From an uncultured Bdellovibrionales bacterium (lineage in GTDB: Bacteria > Patescibacteriota > Minisyncoccia > Moranbacterales > UBA9337), in assembly GCA_964605525.1 (NCBI GenBank), contig CAZSCV010000004.1, forward strand, positions 38,667 through 102,666: 64,000 nt of DNA, read 5' to 3'. The notes under the pieces were generated by a model. It saw only the letters and a program-made list of their open reading frames with translations, ran no database searches and was not told the DNA's origin. Shown one piece after another: positions 1 through 9,200 of the stretch. Position 1 is the first letter of the stretch. Each line of letters opens with the position of its first letter. The position numbers and the translations under genes were made by a program.

Positions 1-192
1 CAGTCCGGAAGATATATCAGAGTCCACGGAATTTGCGAAGATCTTGAAGATCTCTGCGAAAAAACCGGCGGATTCGGAAATACATTTTCTTTTCAGGATG
101 TACCATTCAACAATCCGGGGCAAATGACATATATTGTCGCCAAATCCGGCATGACCGTTGAGGAGGTTATGGCAGCCATTGAAGCCACCTAA
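1..192 (+). CDS. 3' end of hypothetical protein (partial)
   Basis: Frame 1 is open from base 1 (QSGRYIRVHG...AAIEAT) to TAA at 190-192; a hairpin plus T-run follows at ~215-268. Confidence 0.55.
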   Translation, partial: QSGRYIRVHGICEDLEDLCEKTGGFGNTFSFQDVPFNNPGQMTYIVAKSGMTVEEVMAAIEAT

Positions 193-294
193 GCTCTATC
201 TATCTATGCGGTCAAAGCTTTGTCCAAAATACATCAAACGATGTATGACGGACAAGGCTTTTTTATTTTATCAAAAAACCATTTTCTCTTTCAT

Positions 295-328
295 CCTCCC
301 CTCCTCGGGAGGAGGGGCTGGGGGAGGT
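295..328. repeat. GC-rich REP-like palindrome
   Basis: CCTCCCCTCCTCGGGAGGAGGGGCTGGGGGAGG; same pattern as the in-frame element in uvrC (19167-19204). Confidence 0.6.
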
Positions 329-633
329 GCGAAATTATCAGAAACAAAAATCCTCATTCAAACAATTCAAAAAATATCGAATTGCCAGAACGAGGATTCT
401 CGCGGTTCCATCTAGCTTTCCGCCTCATCGGCGGACACTTTGATTGATTTTATCGACTCCGAGGCTCCAACCCCTCATCACCGCCGATTTGAATTTTCCT
501 GTTTTTAGTATATAAAATTTAATCCTTCCGGTCAAATCGATTGACTTTCTTCTTTTCTCGTGCTAACATTTTTTGATATCATATTATTGATATCTCATAG
601 CTATTTTACAAACATAACCTCGGAGGAAATACA

Positions 634-903
634 ATGAAGGTTATTACATATGACGAAGCGAATAAAATGTCTTTTTTGAAACTATTAGAACTTGCAAAAA
701 GAAACGTTGCAATAGTTTCAGAATTTCAAGAAGAGCTCCCTCCTAAATTCACATACACTCTTTTTCACATAGTAGCTCCCAGGGAAATAGTATCTCATGT
801 GTCCGAAAAAACCGGATGGGAAATAATAGAAAACAATTTTTTCATAGTCGCAGATATTGAGAAAAATGTAATTGAAATATTAGAAAATCTGGAAATTCAA
901 TAA
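634..903 (+). CDS. hypothetical protein, paralog of next ORF
   Basis: GGAGG RBS and ATG; similar to 923-1183 (MKVI..E.A..MS, AP.....EKT.W). Confidence 0.7.
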   Translation: MKVITYDEANKMSFLKLLELAKRNVAIVSEFQEELPPKFTYTLFHIVAPREIVSHVSEKTGWEIIENNFFIVADIEKNVIEILENLEIQ

Positions 904-922
904 TCAAGAAAAGGAGAAAAAA

Positions 923-1183
923 ATGAAGGTCATTGATCATGAAATTGCTGCTAGTATGTCCAAGAAAGATCTTGTTGCAGGAAATTATATTATTACTGCG
1001 CAATTCTATGAAGCATTCCTTGGAGAAAAATATCCGATATGCTACGTGTCAGCTCCGGATCATCTGGTAGAATTCATAGCCAAAAAAACAAAATGGAATA
1101 AAATAGGAACTAATGAGTTTTCAATTCAAGATTCACAATCGAACATAACCAAAATTCTTGAAGCCATTAAAATGCCAGGTTAA
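923..1183 (+). CDS. hypothetical protein, paralog of previous ORF
   Basis: AGGAG RBS; hairpin and T-run downstream at ~1212-1262. Confidence 0.7.
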   Translation: MKVIDHEIAASMSKKDLVAGNYIITAQFYEAFLGEKYPICYVSAPDHLVEFIAKKTKWNKIGTNEFSIQDSQSNITKILEAIKMPG

Positions 1184-1304
1184 TGCCGGGTTAATATTAT
1201 TAACCAAAAAACCCTCATCCGAAATGCGTCAAATTTAACGCGCAAAGGGTGAGGCTTTTTTTATTTTCTCCATTTATCCTAAAAAATATATTTACTACAA
1301 AACA

Positions 1305-1977
1305 TTCACGATCGCGAGATTTTGTAGCACAACAAATATCACCACCTCCAACTAATCCTTTATACTGTATATTTTTTCCACAAGCATATAATCAACATAA
1401 TTTCCGATTTTTCTCATTTTTATTTCTCTTATTAAATCCGAAGTTAAAGGATATTTACTCATAAAAACACTTTTTTGCAATTGCTTGTAGTTTAAAAGAT
1501 AAAGCTCGCCTCGAAGCCAATCCCGATCTTTTCTCATATCCTCAGGAATATCAAAGATTACCACTCGGTATTTCTTATCCCATTTTTTATCCAAAACTTT
1601 TTTTCTTTTCAAAACATAATCTAAAATATTACAACCTTTTTCAGTCAACAAAAAAGAACTCCCGTCTTTTTTCACAAAACCTTGTTTTTGCAATCTACGG
1701 ATACTTTGCCTTATTGTTTTTTCTGAAAACTTTTCGCTTTTCAGTTTTTCAAAATCAATTACGCCTCTCTTTCCGGATCCACTCAGTGGATCGCCATAAT
1801 AAGAAGGATTTAAAAATATTTCAATAGTTGCTTCACCAAAAAGAGCTAGATTTGAAAATATCCAAACTCCGGCACTTATTGAATTATCTAGAATTTTTTT
1901 AGCGAATCTTTTTTCTGCTATATTTTTATCATTTTTACTCATACCGAAATTATACTACAAAATCTCGCGATCGTGAA
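1305..1977. repeat. 23-bp perfect inverted repeats (1305-1327 and 1955-1977) bracketing the PaaX-like gene
   Basis: TTCACGATCGCGAGATTTTGTAG and CTACAAAATCTCGCGATCGTGAA are exact reverse complements. Confidence 0.9.
1352..1942 (-). CDS. PaaX-family protein (wHTH plus Cas2/VapD-like C-terminal domain)
   Basis: IRQSIRRLQKQGFV...LTEKG winged helix; WDKKYRVVIFDIPE...RD.LR..L..L.Y.QLQKSVF. Confidence 0.8.
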   Translation of the reverse strand: MSKNDKNIAEKRFAKKILDNSISAGVWIFSNLALFGEATIEIFLNPSYYGDPLSGSGKRGVIDFEKLKSEKFSEKTIRQSIRRLQKQGFVKKDGSSFLLTEKGCNILDYVLKRKKVLDKKWDKKYRVVIFDIPEDMRKDRDWLRGELYLLNYKQLQKSVFMSKYPLTSDLIREIKMRKIGNYVDYMLVEKIYSIKD

Positions 1978-2019
1978 CAAACTGTAGTATCGATAATAAT
2001 TTATAACTAATTGACTTTT

Positions 2020-3291
2020 TTATTTTTTTATTTTCTTTCTAATTAAAGAAAATGGCTGGATGTCTTTTTTGTCAATTTGCAGGAAATAATTTTTTCCTTG
2101 TCCGCCGTGGGCGGAAAGGGCTTCTTGCATATCCTCATTGAAGATCTTTTTCAATTTTGCCAGATGATTTCCTTTTTGATCGACAATCTCAATTTCATCG
2201 CCAAGATAAATCGCATTATGCGGCTTGATTTCCACCATTCGCTTATTCGCATTATTCGTAGATTCGCATCGGTTTATGACTTCCCCGACGAACTCCCATT
2301 CTGATTCATTGTGCGAATTCTCAAAATTGTGATCCGGCTCATTGCCTAGCAAAAATCCTGCTGTGTACCCCCGATGAAAGAGCGAATTCAAATTTTCCAT
2401 TTCCTCCTTCAACACCTCTTCGTATTTTTTCTTCTCCTCCCCATTCTTAATTCTCAATTCATGCTTCATAATTCTCGAATAAGCCCGCACGACCACCGCC
2501 AAATAATACACACTTTTGTTGCGCCCTTCGATTTTGAAAGACTCTACTCCTGCATCTGCCAAGTCTTTCAAATGAGAAAGCAAATTCAAATCCTTGCTGT
2601 TAAAAAAATATGTCCCCTGCCCATCCTCCTCAACTTCCATCTCAAATTCTTTTTGATGGTCAACAACATTTATTTTCTTGTATTCCCATCGACAAGGCTG
2701 TACGCAATCTCCCAAATTGGCACTTCGCCCGCGCATCCATTTGGAAAGCATACACCGTCCGGAATAACTCATACACATCGCCCCATGCACAAAATATTCC
2801 AATTCAACATTTGGATTTTCTTTTTTGATTTCCCGAATTTCTTCAAGTGTCACTTCACGCGCCAAAACCACTCTTCTAATCCCCTGATCCGCCCAAAATT
2901 TTACCGCCCGCCAGTTGGTCGCGTTAGCCTGAGTGGAGAGATGGATTTCAATTTCCGGCAATTTTTCTTTTACCAACTCCAATATTCCCGGGTCGCTGAT
3001 TAAAACCGCATCCGCTCCGACTTTTTTCAACTCATCTAAATCTTTTTCCAATTTTTCCAAATGCGCGTTGTGCGCGTAGATATTCAGCGTGACATAAAAT
3101 TTCTTTTCCAATTTGTGCGCATATTCCACACCTTCTTTCAAGGAATTCCAATCAAAATCATTGATCCGTGCGCGCAGCGAAAAGTCCGGCACACCGGCAT
3201 ACACCGCGTCCGCCCCATAAGCAAAAGCATATTTCATTTTCTCCACGCTTCCCGCCGGCGCCAAAAGTTCCAGTTTTTTATTATCATTCAT
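2020..3291 (-). CDS. peptidase U32 family (TrhP/YegQ-like tRNA hydroxylation protein)
   Basis: ELLAPAG, YGADAVY, HLSTQAN, FVHGAMCMSYSGRC, C.QPCRW, FKIEGR. Confidence 0.9.
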   Translation of the reverse strand: MNDNKKLELLAPAGSVEKMKYAFAYGADAVYAGVPDFSLRARINDFDWNSLKEGVEYAHKLEKKFYVTLNIYAHNAHLEKLEKDLDELKKVGADAVLISDPGILELVKEKLPEIEIHLSTQANATNWRAVKFWADQGIRRVVLAREVTLEEIREIKKENPNVELEYFVHGAMCMSYSGRCMLSKWMRGRSANLGDCVQPCRWEYKKINVVDHQKEFEMEVEEDGQGTYFFNSKDLNLLSHLKDLADAGVESFKIEGRNKSVYYLAVVVRAYSRIMKHELRIKNGEEKKKYEEVLKEEMENLNSLFHRGYTAGFLLGNEPDHNFENSHNESEWEFVGEVINRCESTNNANKRMVEIKPHNAIYLGDEIEIVDQKGNHLAKLKKIFNEDMQEALSAHGGQGKNYFLQIDKKDIQPFSLIRKKIKK

Positions 3292-3336
3292 GTACTGTAA
3301 TATAACGCAAGGTTCAGCTTAAAGCAACCTCAAAAA

Positions 3337-4440
3337 TTATCTTCTCGTGTTTGGCGGTTTTTCGATGCGAATTTTGAATATATCGCTGTTTTTTTCTCCG
3401 GGGGTTCCGAAATTTTCTTCCGGATTGTCCCAAAAATATCCACTGGCACAAATCTCTCTTTCGCAAGTATGCCAATTTTTTTCTTCCAATCCATTTCCAT
3501 ATTCATTATTTCTTTCCATTGATTTTTTATTATTTCCGTTTTCTCCAAAAAACCATTCGACGCCCATTACTTCATCCTCTATATTTTCTTTCTCATTTTT
3601 CAATACCAAATTTCCATTTCCGAAATTTGACAAAGAAATACTGGAATTAACTTCATCAACTTCAACCGCAAGCGCGGAATTCGCACTTTCATCGGAATAA
3701 TTAGAAATCAGAAAATACCCATTAGAATCAATACTCTTTCCGCCAGGAATTTTCAGACTATTCCCGCTTGACCTAGCGTTTTCAATTTCCCAACCGCCAA
3801 TATCGATTTTTTCATCGGACAAATTTCGCAGTTCAATCCATTCATCCGAAGAAGAAGCAGTCGAACCCATCCACATTACCTCATTGATAATCACTTTCTT
3901 TTTTGGTTCGTCTATAAAAACAACTTCATTTCCTGATATTTCCTCCGCATCATTCCATCCTTGTTTAAAAGAAAAATTTTTTTGCCACGCGTTGAAATAA
4001 ACATCGAATTTACATTTTTCTTCCCAATCTCCGTCTCCAACTTTTAATTCTAAATTCCAATTGATATTTTTTTTCGCTTTCAAATTATCCGAATATGAAA
4101 AATCTTCCAATTTTCCATCAAAAATTTCTTCACCTTCCGCTTTCGCCTTAATATTCAATTGTCCACACAAATCTCCTGATACGTTTTCAGTAAAAATTTT
4201 ATAATCAAAATCGATTGTTCCTTTATTTTTAAGATAAAATTCTTGAAAAAATTCATCACCTTCCACAACATTTCTTTGAACAAACGGATCAGCTCCGTCG
4301 ATTTTCATATCCAACATCCCCGCCTTAAACAAATTTTTTTTTGTTTTTTCGCTATCTTCAAAAAACGCCTGCGCATCCGAAGACAAAGCAAATAAAATAA
4401 ACAATACTACAACTGAAATTTTGCAAAAATCAACCTTCAT
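3337..4440 (-). CDS. SipW-class secreted protein with lamin-tail domain
   Basis: Signal AFFEDSE...NLFKAGMLD; lamin-tail motifs IINEVMWMGS..DEWIELRN, SMER, GTPG.KNS. Confidence 0.8.
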   Translation of the reverse strand: MKVDFCKISVVVLFILFALSSDAQAFFEDSEKTKKNLFKAGMLDMKIDGADPFVQRNVVEGDEFFQEFYLKNKGTIDFDYKIFTENVSGDLCGQLNIKAKAEGEEIFDGKLEDFSYSDNLKAKKNINWNLELKVGDGDWEEKCKFDVYFNAWQKNFSFKQGWNDAEEISGNEVVFIDEPKKKVIINEVMWMGSTASSSDEWIELRNLSDEKIDIGGWEIENARSSGNSLKIPGGKSIDSNGYFLISNYSDESANSALAVEVDEVNSSISLSNFGNGNLVLKNEKENIEDEVMGVEWFFGENGNNKKSMERNNEYGNGLEEKNWHTCEREICASGYFWDNPEENFGTPGEKNSDIFKIRIEKPPNTRR

Positions 4441-4969
4441 AAATCTTCTTTTTTGTGTCATTTTTCAACTTTTTCATCCTCACGATTTCACTTTTTATTT
4501 TTCCAAATTCATCAAAAATAATAATCAAAGCGGGAACGACTACCAATGTCGCGAATCCATATGGTTGTTTTGCAGTATGAATAACATATCCCAAATACGG
4601 AACCGTCAAAAAAACTTTCCCGATAATATTTTCCTGTGCAACTTCATTAAAATCACGTTCCGAATTAGCATCTCCTTTGGTTGCATATTTTTTTTCTCCA
4701 TCTTTTTCTTTTATTTCAATGATGCGATGAGTGATTGTTTTTTTTGGCGTTTTTGCGTCCGCAAAACTAACAATATCATTAGCATTATAATTTTCCGCCG
4801 ATTTAACGGCTACAATGCTTCCGGTTTTGACGGCGGGCTCCATCGATCCCGACTGTACCACCATCACTCGATAATATCCAAAAATCGGAAAAACAGACAT
4901 CGCCAAAAACAAAACCACTATTATAACGGCTCCGAAAAAAACATAAGAAATAAGTTCAAATATTTTCAT
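4430..4969 (-). CDS. sipW: signal peptidase I, SipW (S26B) type
   Basis: VQSGSMEP, ITHRI (Ser-His dyad), TKGDAN, GKV...PYLGY. Confidence 0.9.
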   Translation of the reverse strand: MKIFELISYVFFGAVIIVVLFLAMSVFPIFGYYRVMVVQSGSMEPAVKTGSIVAVKSAENYNANDIVSFADAKTPKKTITHRIIEIKEKDGEKKYATKGDANSERDFNEVAQENIIGKVFLTVPYLGYVIHTAKQPYGFATLVVVPALIIIFDEFGKIKSEIVRMKKLKNDTKKKIYEG

Positions 4970-5040
4970 ACTATATAAAACTTCATCCCCCGACCCGCAA
5001 AAGATCGGGAAGAAAGTTTCAAAAAAACTCAAAAACTTGT

Positions 5041-5772
5041 TTACGGAAATATTTTATCGGGATTATCTTCCGATTGAACCACTTGCATTGTTATTTTTCC
5101 CGAAACGGAATCACCTTGCAAAATATTTCCTTCATTTTCCGGCAGGCTCCATTTTATTCCCAAATAATATGTACTAGAAGCGACGATTTCTTCCGGCAAG
5201 ACAATCCAGCCTATATTATGAATATTACTAGCTGAAACGTCTTCCAATAACGCTCTTTCTGCGCCATCCATAATTTTATTTCCTTCGCCAGGATCGGACG
5301 CACACGCCGGCATGTTTGTCGAACATTGCCAACCGGAAATCTCCCCTTCGTCCATCCAAAAAGTAAAAAGGAGTTTTTCTCCAAACTCTCCTTCTTCCAT
5401 TCCCGGATCTCCACAGGTTGAGTCTTCTTTTTCTTCCGGTTCACCGCAAGAGTTTTCCCAATCATAAAGACTGGACAAACTTATTCGTCCCCAAGCATTG
5501 TCGCTATACACGTGCCAGCTAATGGCAGATGATCGGCTGTCGCCCGGTGTGACACTATATTCGGAAAAAAATGGACGGTTATCCACCAAATCGCGCTCGG
5601 AAAACGAGCAATCAACTCCGGAACATTGATAGTCCACTTTTAAATCGATTGCGCTTGCGCTGAAAGTATTGCCGACGCTTTTTTCGGTGTCGCCAAAAAA
5701 AGACATCGTACCGCCAACCAAAACGATACTTGCCACTCCGATTGTTCCTAGGCTAAACAGTATCTTTTTCAT
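5041..5772 (-). CDS. TasA/CalY-like SipW-dependent protein
   Basis: MKKIL...GGTMSFFGDTEKSVGNTFSASAIDL; C-terminal GNILQGDS. Confidence 0.8.
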   Translation of the reverse strand: MKKILFSLGTIGVASIVLVGGTMSFFGDTEKSVGNTFSASAIDLKVDYQCSGVDCSFSERDLVDNRPFFSEYSVTPGDSRSSAISWHVYSDNAWGRISLSSLYDWENSCGEPEEKEDSTCGDPGMEEGEFGEKLLFTFWMDEGEISGWQCSTNMPACASDPGEGNKIMDGAERALLEDVSASNIHNIGWIVLPEEIVASSTYYLGIKWSLPENEGNILQGDSVSGKITMQVVQSEDNPDKIFP

Positions 5773-5828
5773 AATAATTTTCTATTCTCAGATAACTACT
5801 TTCCTTGAAAACTGAGAGTATATAGAAA

Positions 5829-6422
5829 TTAATCTTCTATTTCACCTATCGGAGCGCAAGCTCCTGTCTTTTGAGTAGCTGTAATCAACAAATCTCCCTT
5901 AAATGAATCAGTTTGAACACTGTTATCAGTTCCTTCCGGAAGCTCCCATTTGATCACATAAGTCCCCGCTCCCAATTCTCCCAAGGAATATTCTCCATCC
6001 TCGGTAAATTGACCGCTTGCAAGTTCAGTTGTTCCATTCGCAGCATAAATTCCAAAAACCATTTCATCGTTCAATTCTCCCTCACCATCTGGCGTACAAC
6101 CAGTTTCATCACTTTGTTCCGGCTCAGTACAGGTATTATCTTTATCATCACGAAGATCAACACTTGCCACTCCGCACGCCGCCACACCAGTGGAGCTTAT
6201 TGCAAATGTTTTTTCTCCATGCGACCCCGGAACCAAATTTGATTCATTAAAAATAGGCGAAGTCATTTCATCGCCATCAACATTGACAATCAAATCCAAA
6301 CTGCCGGCTGTAAATGTGTTTCCATTGCTTTCTTCCTTATCGGAAAAGAGAGCTCCGGTGGAACCGACTACAACCGCAACCGCCGCAAAAATAATTGCTG
6401 TACTTAAAAATATTTTTTTCAT
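5829..6422 (-). CDS. TasA/CalY-like SipW-dependent protein
   Basis: GSTGALFSDKEESNGNTFTAGSLDL; NLVPG; DNSVQTDS. Confidence 0.85.
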   Translation of the reverse strand: MKKIFLSTAIIFAAVAVVVGSTGALFSDKEESNGNTFTAGSLDLIVNVDGDEMTSPIFNESNLVPGSHGEKTFAISSTGVAACGVASVDLRDDKDNTCTEPEQSDETGCTPDGEGELNDEMVFGIYAANGTTELASGQFTEDGEYSLGELGAGTYVIKWELPEGTDNSVQTDSFKGDLLITATQKTGACAPIGEIED

Positions 6423-6569
6423 AATTTTTTTGTTATTATTTTTTAAATTATTTTCAATACTTATTTTATAAAAATAAGTATTTTTGAAACTTTGGAAGTT
6501 TCCACCTCGACCTTTAAATATTTAAACAACCGTTTAAATAATAAATAAATTTATAAATACTTACTGTTA

Positions 6570-6758
6570 AAAAACAAAAAACCGAGTTTCATTAATATGC
6601 AAAAAAATATTTTTGCATATTAAATTAGATCGGTTTTGCCATTTGACTCCCCGCGCAATAATGGGCAACCATTTTTAGCTTTCTGCGCGGATCATAGCCT
6701 TCTAATTTTCTTTTTTATTTTGTACTCTCATTATCTCAACTGAGATTTTATAGTCAAG
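6570..6758 (-). promoter_or_regulatory. sigma70 promoter and structured leader with terminator upstream of the TasA-like operon
   Basis: TTGACT-17-GATAAT (6758-6730), then a GC-rich stem (6627-6699), then a long hairpin with T-run (6570-6624). Confidence 0.55.
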
Positions 6759-7026
6759 CAAACTTATCCACAGTAAAATTCCAAGTATTCGCCACTGCTT
6801 GGGCGATGCGGCGGGTAGTGAAATTTTCCGGCATATCCGAAGCAACTTCCAATTTCATATCTTCTGAATTTATTTTGTTTTTAGCAAGCATTTCATCGAT
6901 TTTTGAAAGCAAATCCCGGCTCAAACTGCTTCCATCTTTCCATTTGAGATTATCCAAAACCTCTCCGCCTTTTTTCAAGACAAGAAAAATATTATTATCT
7001 TTAATTTTGATTTCTAAAATATACAT
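6754..7026 (-). CDS. short TsaB-like protein (N-terminal domain only)
   Basis: LS.DLL.KID.ML....I...D; FTT.RIA.AVAN. Confidence 0.65.
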   Translation of the reverse strand: MYILEIKIKDNNIFLVLKKGGEVLDNLKWKDGSSLSRDLLSKIDEMLAKNKINSEDMKLEVASDMPENFTTRRIAQAVANTWNFTVDKFA

Positions 7027-7028
7027 CC

Positions 7029-7829
7029 TTATTTTTCAATTTTATTCCAATCAAAATTCCACGGGTCATCTTTTCTTCCCGGAGAAATTTGATTGTGTCC
7101 CAAGACATATTTTATCTCATACTCTCCTTTTAAATAATCAAGGAGTCCACTCAGCGCGACGTATTGCTCCGCGGTATACTTCTCTTTTTTTGTGTTCATC
7201 AGTTCAATCCCCAAAGAAAAATCATTCACTCCTGTCCGACCGTCAGGAACTTGCGACTGCCCGGCATGGTACGCAATATTTTTATCCTCAACCAAACGGT
7301 AAACACTTCCCTCGCGATCAATCAAATAATGCGGGGCTACTCCGTATTGCTTGTACTCATCAATCAACCCGCGCACATTATATGGCTCGCTCCCCAGCGC
7401 GTCATAAGAAGAATGAATGATTATGGTATCAATATTCCGGCTGGATTTTTTGGCATATCCCCAAGAAACCAAATTCTGAAAAATTTTCAAATCGCTATCT
7501 TTCACTTCCTCTTTTTTGATTTCCGCATCCGCTCCATTTTCCGCACTTTTGTTCTCGCTGGTAACAGGAGCATCCTCCTCTTTGATTTTCCCGCCGGCAA
7601 CTTCAACAGCGCCAGAGGTTGCATCACCGACATCCGCATTTTTAATCCCGCCTACCTTCATCACTTCTTTTGTTTGGATATTCGCATTGAAACTTTCAGC
7701 CTCACTTAAATTCTCAATCACAAGCTCTCCCTTTTCCCTGCCGGAGAAAAAAAACCAAAAACTCACCGCCAAAATGACGATGAGAATTGCAAACAAAATG
7801 TAGATATATTTTGTGTTTTTGATTGTCAT
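7029..7829 (-). CDS. membrane-anchored N-acetylmuramoyl-L-alanine amidase (Amidase_2/AmpD-like)
   Basis: IIIHS, APHYLIDREG, IAYHAG, N.FSLGIEL, GHNQISPGRKDDP; N-terminal TM helix. Confidence 0.9.
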   Translation of the reverse strand: MTIKNTKYIYILFAILIVILAVSFWFFFSGREKGELVIENLSEAESFNANIQTKEVMKVGGIKNADVGDATSGAVEVAGGKIKEEDAPVTSENKSAENGADAEIKKEEVKDSDLKIFQNLVSWGYAKKSSRNIDTIIIHSSYDALGSEPYNVRGLIDEYKQYGVAPHYLIDREGSVYRLVEDKNIAYHAGQSQVPDGRTGVNDFSLGIELMNTKKEKYTAEQYVALSGLLDYLKGEYEIKYVLGHNQISPGRKDDPWNFDWNKIEK

Positions 7830-7838
7830 TGAAATTTT

Positions 7839-8186
7839 TTAAAAATATCCGCCGCAACACCCAGAAGCTTTTTCCAGGCAATCGCAATCGTCAAGATTGA
7901 GCTCATATACTCCGCCAGCAAGATTGATAACATCCTTTCCACTCTGCGCCAGCATCTGCGCCACATATCCGCTCCGGCTTCCGCTCCGACAAACAAAAAC
8001 AACTTTCTTACTCCAATCGATTTTGTCCAAACTGTTTCCAATTTCAGAAAGAGGAATCAATTTCGATCCTTTGATTTTTATCAAGTCATATTCGTCCTTC
8101 TCCCGCACATCAATAATCTCAAGATTTTCCCCCTCATTATCCAGCATCTCTTTGAAATCTTTTGAATTGATATTTTCAAGCGCCAT
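7839..8186 (-). CDS. rhodanese-like protein
   Basis: IIDVRE..EY, CRSGSRS, NLAGG. Confidence 0.9.
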   Translation of the reverse strand: MALENINSKDFKEMLDNEGENLEIIDVREKDEYDLIKIKGSKLIPLSEIGNSLDKIDWSKKVVFVCRSGSRSGYVAQMLAQSGKDVINLAGGVYELNLDDCDCLEKASGCCGGYF

Positions 8187-8230
8187 ATTTTTTAGTTATA
8201 AAGTTTACACAACCAGATAACAAGACTCTC

Positions 8231-8321
8231 GGTTTTCCGGAAAAATGTTTTTTTCGTAGCTGTCCGTGTCCCTCGAAAGGACCGGAGAAAAAAATATTTT
8301 TCCGGAAAACCATACGGAAAC
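8231..8321. repeat. short member of the long-hairpin element family
   Basis: Arms GGTTTTCCGGAAAAAT(G/A)TTTTTTTC; inner GTCC..GTG...AAAGGAC; an inverted, internally deleted copy lies at ~49141-49187. Confidence 0.7.
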
Positions 8322-8355
8322 CATCCAGATATGCAAATTTCAAGTTATTTGTATT

Positions 8356-9027
8356 TTAACCCTTTTTGGATATTTTATCAAAGTAAATCGACACATCACT
8401 AATCCATTTTTTCACACCCGCCGGATCATGCCCCGCGCAAGTCGATCCGCATTTCCAAACAATCATCTTTGAAGGAGTATTCAATTTTTTATTCACTAAC
8501 TCTTGAATTCTTCCTCCAATAGCATTCACTCCCTCCTCAGGACTAGCAAAACACCCATAACCCAAAGAATGTCCCAAGCTACCGCCTCCTTTGTATCCCC
8601 AATAATTATAACAAGTTTTACCATCCTTAGACGGCGCATGTTTTCCCCAATCGCTTTCCTTTTTGGCAATTCCCACAATCAAACCGGCAATTTTTCTGTC
8701 ATATTCGGAGATATAAGGAATCATTTCTTCGATTGGATATCCCGCCGCAATTTCACGCAACTGATTTTCCAGCGCCTTTTTTTCCGGATCAATTTTCTCC
8801 TCATCGCCACTACTGAAATTATACTCTGAACCTAAAAAATTCTTTTCACCGGAAAGAACACTCAAATATTCTTCCTCTTCCCAGACTGAATTTTTCAATT
8901 CTTTTCCCTGGGCAAAATTTGCTCCAAAAATAGAATCGATCCGGCTGTAAAAAAAACAGCCTGAGATAATCACCAGGATGGATGCGATTATTATTTTCCC
9001 ACAAAACCCCGAAGGATTTTTACTCAT
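8356..9027 (-). CDS. membrane-anchored putative lysozyme-fold hydrolase (paralog A)
   Basis: TM helix; IAKKESDWGK..CYNYWGY...CF; C-terminal domain closely similar to the next ORF. Confidence 0.6.
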   Translation of the reverse strand: MSKNPSGFCGKIIIASILVIISGCFFYSRIDSIFGANFAQGKELKNSVWEEEEYLSVLSGEKNFLGSEYNFSSGDEEKIDPEKKALENQLREIAAGYPIEEMIPYISEYDRKIAGLIVGIAKKESDWGKHAPSKDGKTCYNYWGYKGGGSLGHSLGYGCFASPEEGVNAIGGRIQELVNKKLNTPSKMIVWKCGSTCAGHDPAGVKKWISDVSIYFDKISKKG

Positions 9028-9200
9028 AAACAAATAAATTACTGATTATTTTTTCAACATGCATTCTAGGATAGCAAAAAAACAGCCCGGTGTCAATAAC
9101 CGGTTTTATCCATTGTTTAAGCTGAAAACAAAGGCCACCAAAATGAATTGGCGGCTAAAAAGTAAAAATTCCACTATTTACAATAATTCTCTTTTATGTT

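Noticed and set aside
1352-1942. cas2 gene
   Set aside because: The Cas2-like region is fused to a winged helix as in PaaX-family proteins; no cas1 or array is in the window.
6627-6699. c-di-GMP-I riboswitch
   Set aside because: Context fits, but I could not place the GAAA-capped P2 and GCAAA/receptor elements; kept only as an unassigned leader.
6754-7026. tsaB pseudogene
   Set aside because: Clean start and stop, operonic position and no downstream remnant; treated as a naturally short form.
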